DNA from: Catajapyx aquilonaris
Lineage: Eukaryota
Direction of reading: 5' to 3'
Assembly (NCBI GenBank): GCA_000934665.2
Contig: KZ538249.1
Span: 62,001 to 92,831, forward strand
Length of the DNA: 30,831 nt
Shown: piece after piece, positions 11,252-20,936 of the stretch
Layout of the letters: every line of letters starts with the position of its first letter
Position numbering within the stretch: the stretch's first letter is position 1
Program-made: the position numbers and the translations under genes
The notes under the pieces: generated by a model
What the model was told of the DNA's origin: nothing
The model's database searches: none
Seen by the model: only the letters and a program-made list of their open reading frames with translations

Positions 11252-11339
11252 AGTCAACAGTGTATGCCCACATTCCATTATCGGAGTGTAACAGTCAACA
11301 TTGTACAGGTCCGGTAATGGAACATGGGCATTGTTGACT
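11252..11339. other. 88-nt imperfect hairpin (pre-miRNA-sized, or MITE remnant)
   Basis: AGTCAACA-GTGT-ATGCCCACATTCCATTATCGGA pairs with TCCGGTAATGGAACATGGGCAT-TGTTGACT around a 24-nt loop. Confidence 0.55.
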
Positions 11340-12525
11340 TGGCTGAGAGTCACTGCTCTCATTGTGGTGTCAGTGCCTCATTGCTTTCTTTTAATCAGGT
11401 ACTTTGGAAATTTACTCTTAGCAGCTATCAGAAGTATTACTGTAGCTGTTAGCATCAGGCCGCTGTAAAAATCCCCGTAGTCGCTCAGGTCATTAACGAA
11501 TCCAGTGCAATAATTGGCACATAGTGAAAAATGGGTGGGAGGGTATGGGTTGGAAACGCGTCAAACAGGCAAGCTCTGTTGAAGACTAACCGCATGAGCT
11601 ACATTACACGCGGCACCAACTTGCAAATTGTGAATTATCCTGGCGCGCATTAGCAGGAGGGTCATCGCTTTTAATAAATTATGAATCGCCGATATTATTG
11701 GGCGCTAGGCAGCACAAGGGAGCTCTGGATATGAACGAGAGAGGCACCCCTATATACCATAATAGAGACAAGCTAGCTCATGGGATGAATTGCTGCAGTT
11801 TGCCGTTGCAAGCCTATAGGCCGCGATACCACCTGCAATTAAGACTCCCCCCTCCTTGATGAAGATGTAGCGTAAATTCTAATTATGCCGTAGCTTGTCG
11901 TAAACTTTGATGACGCATGAGATGTCGAATTGGAATTTGCTCGGAAGCCACCAAACTTTTGGACGATCAATCTCTCTTAATGTGCGGGGCGTAGATGTCT
12001 GCCGGAGGTGACTTCCAGGCCTGCCGAATGAGAGGGGGAGACTCGTATAAAGTTTGCAGGGCTAAATATAATGCATCGTGTATATACGGTGGTCCTAGCA
12101 ACGCTTGTAACTTTAAAAAAATAAGCCCCGTCCTAGCCTACATTTTTCAAACCCATGTAAAAAAATCGTACTTATTTTTAAATGAATTTTGGTGTCTTTT
12201 GTTTGTGAGTGTACAAATTACCCAAATCCCAGGCCAAGGTTATAGCAGCGGTATGTCAAAAAAGCGCAATATTTCAGTTCTACTGTTCCTTTGTATGCGA
12301 GTAATTGAAACAAACGTTTTCACGATAATAGCACCAGGAATTCTCTAACCATTGCTATCCGAAAACAATCTTATTATTCCCCCTGAAGTGACGTTCCCCC
12401 ATATTATTTTCTCTTCAGATGACCCCCTTCCTCGACTTTGATTGCGATCTTGAAGTCGCTTCTGGAGAGAGAAAACGGAATTTTATTCCTAATATTTCCC
12501 CCTCCAGCCTCTCGACCCATTTTTT

Positions 12526-12548
12526 TGTTGTTGTTGTTGTTGCTGCTG
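12526..12548. repeat. (TGT)n/(TGC)n microsatellite
   Basis: TGTTGTTGTTGTTGTTGCTGCTG read directly. Confidence 0.85.
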
Positions 12549-12884
12549 TGTCTATATGTATACCAAACCGAAGAGAATCTTTGTGTTTTGTCCGCTATCA
12601 TCGTCCCCGTTGCCAAGGAGACCCCCCCATCATATACGACTTACATAAAACTGGGGCGTGGATTATATCGGAATCACACGAACGACTGTTCAGTCCGAGG
12701 AAAGTAACAGTAAAAGGCATTCTTAATGTATTCTGACGGCTATTTAACGATCCATCTGAAAATATAACCTGGGCTATCACGCAGAAAGCACGAGACTCCT
12801 ATCCCCAACAGTTTCCTTTTCACTCTTTGTAATAGTTCAAAATGGAGACTGACAGTCTTGCTCTTTTGCAAGCGGCCAATCCAA

Positions 12885-13365
12885 TCCTTTTAATTGGCGC
12901 TTCTTGTGATCAATAAATATTATATACCTTCTTGCACAATGTATAGAAGATGAAAGGCGATGGTGTAAAGATCTATGCAAAAATATTCTTTTTTTTGAAA
13001 GGGGGCGAATTTCGCTTAGGGGGGACCCCCCTTTGCCGTCACCGACAGATTGACGACGTCGCTCCGCCTCTTCATTTAATTTGGATAATGGCGCCAATTA
13101 AGGAAATGGATTACGGGGAGACGTTTTAATTGGTTAATCGTTTATAATGACACCGTGTGACTTCGCCTTCAGAGGAGGGGGTAATTGGTTAACGACGACT
13201 TTGGGACTTGGGGCCAATCAGGTGTTTGCATCTTGGAATGGCGCCACAATTGGTTCAGGTACATACCCAGGTGTGCGACAGTTCGCGCTGTTGACACAAA
13301 TTGGTCAGCGAAATGGCAATGCCAAACGTTGAACATTCGTGTGGTGTTGGAGATAATCAATTAAA
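12885..13365. promoter_or_regulatory. Candidate enhancer: cluster of homeodomain TAATTG/CAATTA sites
   Basis: TAATTGG at ~12891, 13127 and 13182; CAATTA at ~13095 and ~13358; TAATTGGTTAA twice and AATGGCGCCA twice. Motif evidence only. Confidence 0.35.
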
Positions 13366-14354
13366 AATGAAAATATTAAATATGGCGCGCAGTATAATTT
13401 TATTAGCTGGGCAGCGTGTGTTTCAATAATGAATTTTCAGCATTGCATTACATGCATTATCATGCTATGGACTAGTCAAATCCTCAATTTGCATGCAATG
13501 CCCATTGCTATACGTGTAAAAAATAATATTGGCTGAAATTTTGCATGTCACCTTTTGGTGGGATGGTATTACTTTTAGCTTTTCAAACACCCAGATGTAT
13601 ATAGTGTATTGGAGGGATATCGACCGTGCATTTAATTTTTGAGACGAGATTAAACCAGGGGGGGATTTTCGCCCCTGATTCATCTGTTCCTGCCGCGAAC
13701 AGATCTCGTGATCTATTCAGGTTATGAACGAGAAAAATTCAATAACATGTTGATTGGAATTCTTCCAGCTGCCGCTAATTCCAAACTGATAGCCGCTTGC
13801 TGATCTTAATTTGGGATCCAGCAGCTGGTGGGGCCTCATGAAGCGCCATACCGATTTTTCAACTAACAAGGAAAAAAAAAAAAAACATCCATTACATGTA
13901 TATTACTGCGCTGCTGTTGTTATTAGCATAAGTTACATCTTGAGAGTTTCCTTCCCACATTTTTGCATAGGGGGGAGGGGGTACGCGAAAAAATATTTGC
14001 TTTTGGCTGCATGTGTGCAGTAGAATTAAGCATAGGGTGAATAATGAGGTTATCTTGTAAGTCCTGGACGGGAATAATTCGGGGTGCTCCAATGAATCCA
14101 CAATGCTGGGCCATTCCTCGTCACGACAAATGTCCCACAAGGTACACATAGAGTGGAAGCATATCCCCTGGTCCTTTCCACGGATAATTACGTGCCATCC
14201 CTTCCCCTCTTCGCAGTACGTGCCTCATTCGCTCCGTCAGGCGTGGGAGGTCTCAGGGTTGCTCAAATTTTGGTCACATAACTGGTCTTTGGTGGGATTC
14301 AGCGGAAACAGTGTCTATCAACCTAGAATATTGAAATTTTGGTGCTATTCTCAG

Positions 14355-14394
14355 TAATTAATGACAACTTTTTTTTGTTTCTTTTCAGGTAAGT
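14355..14394 (+). other. Candidate recursive splice site (ratchet point, zero-nucleotide exon), junction 14388|14389
   Basis: TAATTAATGACAACTTTTTTTTGTTTCTTTTCAG|GTAAGT: branch-point-like sequence, AG-free zone, ~19-nt polypyrimidine tract and CAG acceptor fused to a perfect GTAAGT donor. Confidence 0.65.
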
Positions 14395-15347
14395 ACTCGT
14401 CTGCTGCTATCGACGTTTGGAAGTGACAGTAGCCAGTAACCGTCGAAGAGCATGAATCGAGCACTAATTCCGCATCTGCAGTCAGAACCTACCAGCCCAA
14501 CTACAATGTACAAGGGAGGTGTATATAGGTTAGGGTGGTCCTCATCCTGGATCCTTCTATTTAGAAGGAACAGTAGTGCGGCTCGTGCTATTGGTAATGC
14601 AGAACTGCTCCACCTGTAATTAGGAGGGGGCGGAGGAGAGGCATGCCGTTTGAAAAATTCATTCCTCATTCGACATCCTTTTTTCGACCCCCTCCTCCTC
14701 TTACTTTGTTCGGGGGGTAGGGGGGGGGGGTCTTCGCCGTGCAGGTTGAATGGAGACCAGGGCCTCCCTGCTATGGAAACAAAAGTGGCTTCCATTTGAT
14801 GCAGGAGCATTAAAGCGAGTAGCGCACGAGACCCATTTGCAGCCAAGGGCCATTCACTTCGATTGGTAGCTTCAATTTGTCCGCCTTTGTATTTACACTG
14901 TGTTGCCCACGATTCCGAACCGGGTTGCCTCCATCCCTCTGCGTGGTACTAGTCACGTTCCTTTTCTTCTTGCTACAGTGTTTCGCAAGCGAAAGATATC
15001 AGAGTGCGATACAGCAACTTGGAGGCTCAAACTTTTCGAGTGGACTCAGCATACAGGGGTTCCAAACAGAAGTTGTGTCATCTCTGGGGGGGACCTTTTC
15101 GAAAAAAAAGAGATCATGTCAAAGCTTCAAATGACATTAATTGGAGCGTCCTTTTTGAATACCTGGGTATGCAATTACCGCTTAAAGACTATGTGTAATT
15201 GAGCAATAATGTGTGCAATTTATGGAGTGATTATGGACTCTTTAATGCTGCAATTTGTTGCCCAGTGGGAATATTTTGAAGCAGGGAGTGGCGTTAATGA
15301 GAAGCGAATTGCTACGATGCGTGGTATGCTTCATATTGTTCTCTTGG

Positions 15348-15364
15348 GTGTGTGTGTGTGTGTG
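15348..15364. repeat. (GT)n microsatellite
   Basis: GTGTGTGTGTGTGTGTG read directly. Confidence 0.85.
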
Positions 15365-18300
15365 GGAGGTCATCAGCGATATTTTATTGCCTTTCATGGA
15401 AAATGATTTAGAGGCTCGTATTTTTCGAGATATTTGAAACGTGTTGTTGCGACATTACTTGATTCCCCCGTCGGGGGGTTTATTGCAAGGTGTGGAATGC
15501 GCTCTCGAAACTATATGGCATGATCAGATCCGACTGGAAATGATTGTCTCTCACTCGGCTAGAATGATCGAGTTTCACTTTGAAATGATTGGATTTCGGT
15601 ATAAAATATCGGATTTGACGGGGGGAATTGACTCCGCAGAACCATTTTCCAAGTTGTCAGCTCAGCGACTGTGTATAAACTATTTTTTTTGTGAAATTCT
15701 GAACTTAACGCTCATTTTGAAGCGATTTGATCCGACTGTTGTAGATGATGCATGTGACACATGCCTAAGCAAAGATTGGGCCGATTCTACATCCGGTCTT
15801 TGAATGAGTTGCTGGCATAGCTGAAGCCAATAACTCTGGTGGTGGGAGAGAAAAGTTGAGCTAGGCAGGATTTCCAAAAAAAAGAGATGAGGTTGACAGT
15901 GCATAGCTTTGAATGTGAATCCAGGGGAGCATATTCTCCGGTCCCAATGATTGGCGTTTGGACCATCAGTCGGAATTCAGAGTGGGACAGTAATTTCCGG
16001 CCCTTTCTCGTCCCAGGGTGGAAATGAGAAACAATATCATTTTTCCTCCCCTGACTCCACTGCGAAGGAGCGCTGGCGTTGATGGGTTACAAAAACTTTA
16101 TTAATGGAGAAAGAGGGAGGAAGAACCTGAGGATTGGGCCTCCCCGAGTGCCGAAGAGCTGATATAAACCGGGGCTTTACAGATTTTTACGGGCCTCAGG
16201 GGGCCGTAAAGCGGGGACCCCACGCGTCTTCTCGACCTGCATTACGCATGCAGAAGAAATGCCACTTGCTTTTAATTTCGCAACAAATTGTCATCCAGGC
16301 GACGGGGCTTCTGTTCTGAACGCTGCACATTTTGAGGTCAACGCCATGGCTGCCATCTTGGATCGCTTCTTGGATCAGCCGGTAGAGGGAAGCGGGTTGG
16401 TGAAATGAGCCGCTAGAGGTGCCACTGATGAGCCGAAAATTAGGGATGTTAAACAGTTTTGCGGCGGATTCCCACTATATATGTGATCATAGCCCATAAA
16501 ATCGCCGTAAACTTGAACGCATTGTCTGAACAAACAGAACTCGCGGGCTCAGAACTCGCGGGGCCTTTAATTATTCCGCTCGCGCATTTCCGGTGGGTTC
16601 ATGGAAATAGGAAGCCCATTGCTGCCTTGCTTGGCTGTCGGGCCTCAATGATGCATGAGCTAGTCATTGGCCCTCCGGAACTTTTTATTATAACCCCCAA
16701 AGTATGTCTAAGTTGAATCTCATAAATAACGAAATCACACTAAACAAGCACGCCCCGGGCTTGTGTACAAAATCCGGGCGTACGCTTCATCCCATAACAG
16801 CTCCGAGGTTTTTTCCTATATGGAAGGTAGACCCCCCATATAAAAGCAACGCAGCTCCAGCTTGGAATTGCGCATTGTCTTGTAAGATATATTCGTGTTT
16901 TTTTTTGCATTTATTTTAACTGGATCATATATGCTGATTTACGTCTGCTGATGTGCATGTAAATTTCTTGGATTTTTTGAGCCGTGAGAGAATATTTTTG
17001 AATTATGAGGAAGCCTATTACTTGGGGATCAATTCAATGAGTAACTGAACATTGTAGAAATAGTTGTGAGAATATGTTTCTTGTTATTGATATCTTAAAA
17101 ATTTCAGAGAGCTGGAGTAGATCACACTTTTACAGAGTTGGGTCTCACTTTCAAAGTGAGGAGCAACTTCAAGTGGGTAAAAGTGACATTTGACTATTTC
17201 AGAATGAAATTTCGTTGAATTTGGAGCTGGCAGTATAGCCCACTTTATAGGGGAAGTGCCGCACACCAGAAAGGTGAATGAAACGAGATCGATTTGGAGT
17301 TAAAGCAACTTTTCCCAGACACAAAAGTGAGAGGGATGGCGCCCATGAGACTGTCCCGAGGTAGAAGAAGAAGGAGTGGTTTTAAAAAGATAGTTTAGGT
17401 GTTGGGGCATCAGGTGGGAACGTGGGGAAGGGGAGGGGGGAGGGAAGGAAAGGCACAATCCCCTCATGGCCCTCGGTTGGCTTCTTGGGGGCATGAGCGG
17501 AGTTTTTGGTGTTGGCGGCCTGCACCCCGGGGTTTATTATGGCGGTTTCGCCTTGTTTGAGGAAAAGAATTCTCCTTATCAAATATGGTTGGTACAGTTA
17601 GGCGGGAAGAAGCAGGGGGTGCGGATCAATAGCTGGATGAGAGAAGGAGGATTTGGTTATAAAGTCATGTAGACATTGTGCAAGTTGGTTCCCCACTAAG
17701 GGTTAGGCGGTGTGCATGGCTGTCTATGAAGTTTTCTTGAAGAGGTCAGTCACACTGTTTCTGTAGCTTATACCTGCAAATACCTTGGGTACATCTTAGC
17801 ACTGACATAATAAATTATAGTTATGGTATGTAAGGCCATGTGCTTTTTTTTTATTTGGATGTGGTCAGGTGGAATTGTTGAATGAGTGTGACCTCATTTT
17901 AGTACCGGGGGGCGTTTAATTCGGCTAATAATGGTGATGAAATTTATGGATGTTTGGCATCCGCCGTGTCCGACCATGATTTCATCAATGTTTTATGGCA
18001 GCAAAATACAATCGGAACCAAATGACGTACCGATCAATGAGTGACGGAACGAAACCAATTAGAGTAATCTCATTTAAGCTAGTCAATTACGTAAAATCCT
18101 ATTAGAACACCACCACCAGGAGGATTTTTTTTTCGGACGATATTATTTTTCATGTTTTTCATTATAGGATATTATATATGAAAGGCGAAACCGCATCGTC
18201 CTGGCACAATCATTGTTGCGGTGAGTGTTTTGACGTCACCTGAGTGCATGTTTGAGATCAAACAAGGGGTTGTGTTGTTTTTTTTTTGCTCGATGCCAGA

Positions 18301-19502
18301 GCAATTATCGCGGTAACGACTGGCCAACAAAGTGCGCAAGTGACTAGTGGTCATCATGGGAAATTGAACCGCAGAACTGTCCGCTTATATCTGCCCCATT
18401 ACGTTGCACGCGAACGGAGGACACGATGTAACAAGTGCGGTTATGGTTGTTTTATGCTAAAGCGTGGCGTGGCTGCCTAAGAGATACCCTTCGCAGATTT
18501 GATGACATTAATGCGGATGGTTCCATGAAGCTGATTTTTTTTTGTGTGGGTGGAGGTTTTTGAGAGAGAGCTTTTAATGTTTGTGCTATTGTGATAATAT
18601 TTTGGGTAAGCAAATATTAGTACACCACACTGCATCAGTGGATTATCGATATGTGACACGTACATTGCATATCAAAAATTAACCATCTGCGCAGGGGATA
18701 CTGCTCATGTTTGCATTATCTTGATATATTCTTGTAGACAGTTGGCATTGTTAATTCATGCATGAGTATACAGTATGCAACACAAAACTTGGATGTATTT
18801 TTTAAACGCGACCTTTTGAACATACGCACGACCTTTTCAAGTTATATTACTGTGATTGCATGTAGTGTGCAGTCACAAAGGACAATAAAAAATGTAATTA
18901 ATGTCTCACTTGCCTTGCATATGCCTTGAACTTTTTAAGCGCTGCACAAAGCCCACATCCTTTTTTGCGCGTTGAATAATTTGTTTTTGAGCACATTTCT
19001 GATTCAAATTACATTTCTTTTTTGGGGCAGTAGGAAACGGCATGCTCGACGTATAAAGCGACCAAATCTCCGTCATTATAATCCTGGCCAACCGCAAAGT
19101 ATATGACCCAGCCAGCCAGCAAAGTCCGGTGCGTTGAACTTGGGACATCGTTTCAGGCCATTGTGTCCAATAATCGGTACTTTAGCAGTCGGGCCAATCT
19201 GGGCAGTTTGCATTAGCATGTTATTGTCCCAGCAAAGGTAATACCCCCAGAGCATGATCGGACTAGGGGGCGTTTGAGAGGAGCTCTAAATCCTGGCCCA
19301 AATGAGCTAGATGCAGCTGAAGCATTATCTGTCCCAAGGAAGTCCTGGTAAATAAGGGGCGTCCTGCTTTTATGGGACAGACACGATTAATTCCTGGCTT
19401 TGCCGTGATGACGGGGGTGGAGTTCCGCCCATTTTAGGACCACGCTTTATGATCCTTTGAGAAACAAATAATCAGCTATGGGCAAACCTAATACATAGAA
19501 AC

Positions 19503-19722
19503 TGTGACTACCCCGGGTCCGCCCAGGGGCCAACCCCATGCTAGCTCTACCAAGAAAACACCTGGGTTCCATGGACACTGGTTTATTGGGCCTATCCAGG
19601 TCACAGCCTTAGTACAGACTCTCTCGACTGTGGTTACCGACTCCCCTCTCCCCTGGCCAGAGCCAGGGAAGCAGTGCGCATGCCCCGCCAACATCATGAC
19701 CAGAAGGGGGCGGGCTCTCATA
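19503..19722 (-). mobile_element. Solo-LTR-like repeat, copy 3 (220 bp)
   Basis: Colinear with copy 2; ends TGTGA...TCATA. Flanks AAAC and ATAC (4-bp TSD with one mismatch). No adjacent PBS or PPT. Confidence 0.8.
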
Positions 19723-20579
19723 ATACACACCAGTGTTCGCCTACATGACTAACCACGCCTCCACTCAGTTTTTCCCTCCTATCATGAGGTCGAATCGCTC
19801 TGCACGCATCTGCGCATGCTCAGAAAACACGGCTGGTGTGACGTCAGATCGTTCTTTCGCTTACAGGACAGCGATATTCGGCTCGTACCGTATTTTCAAT
19901 GTTTACAGTGATATTATAGAGCTTAGAGGTGCCATACCAGGACCCAAGTTATTTGAGGTGCTGGTATCTTGAACCCTTGCTGGTAATAAGAGAGCCACGT
20001 CATAATTACAGGTTTTTTGTTCCACACAGCAGAGGGCATATTGCGGGTTTTCTCGTAAATGGATCCTCCAATTAGAGGGCGCAAAGAGTTGACGTATAGC
20101 GCAATCTGAGAGTGGAAGGCAGGTGCTGATAAGGTTGTGCATCCATGTCGGGCGCCTCTTTTGTTCGCTGGCGACGAGGATGGAAGGAGGCTGGTAAGGG
20201 GGTGGGGGTGTGGAGGAGAAGCCCTCCCTTCTCTCCACCTCCCCCTTCGTATCTGCCAGGAGCCTGACAAATTTGTTTCTCCAGCAAGACTGCACGTTTC
20301 CTCTTGCCTTCTTCCCCTCCTCCACGTAGAACTGTGCCACCCCCAGAAGACTTTTTGCCTGAGATCTCCTCCCTAGCTCCATTGACAGCTCCCCAGGCTT
20401 GATGCCCGGGAGAAGAAGAATGGAGCTTTCCGGGGAAAATCTGGACCGGATTCCAAGGAGTATGCAGTGCGCAATTAGTGAGGGAACAGGCTCTGGAAAA
20501 AGAAGTGGAAGTGAATTTGCAAGATTTCTGCACATTGGGGGGGATATGCTTGAAGGGCACCCATCGTGTCACACTATTA

Positions 20580-20752
20580 TAATATGGGTTTAATTAATTA
20601 ATTAATTAATATAATGCTGAATTTCATTTTTAATTTTAAAAATGAAATTCAGCATTATATTTATTTATTTATTTATGTGTATTTTTTTAAATGCACAAAT
20701 TGACAATTCCTTAGACTGCAGTAGATCCACAGTATCCGAAAGGGTAATATGG

Positions 20753-20785
<33 letters not shown>

Positions 20786-20936
20786 ATATAATGCGAATTT
20801 CATTTTTATTTTTAAAAATGAAATTCAGCATTATATTTACGTATTTACTTATTTAACCCATATTACCCTTTCGGATGCTGTGGATCTACTGCAGTCTAAG
20901 GAATTGTCCATTTGTGCATTAAAAAAATACATATAA
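20580..20936. repeat. Compound foldback: 264-bp palindrome plus an upstream duplicate of its central hairpin
   Basis: 20673-20936 is a near-perfect palindrome with (AAAT)n inside the arms. Its central hairpin (20785-20837), with the preceding TAATATGGGTT plus an AT microsatellite, recurs at 20580-20661, where 26-bp perfect arms surround TT. Confidence 0.9.

Noticed and set aside
12400..12736. Strong acceptor at 12418 followed by a 105-aa ORF (similar lone acceptors at ~962, ~14978, ~27425)
   Set aside because: No matching strong donor or recognisable peptide; the ORF runs through a microsatellite.
15810..15823. TGCTGGCATAGCTG resembles the 3' part of miR-31
   Set aside because: The GGCAAGA seed is absent and there is no convincing precursor hairpin.
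16425..16460. CTGATGAGCCGAAA resembles a hammerhead ribozyme core
   Set aside because: Stem II and stems I/III cannot be formed; a similar near-match on the minus strand at ~29287-29312 lacks CUGA.
16537..16562. Direct repeat CAGAACTCGCGGG x2 as a CRISPR-like or array unit
   Set aside because: Only two adjacent copies, consistent with a local slippage duplication; eukaryotic context with no spacers.
19903..20535. 210-aa and 166-aa minus strand ORFs
   Set aside because: Purine/pyrimidine-skewed stop-poor sequence, non-ATG start for the longest, no domain recognised.
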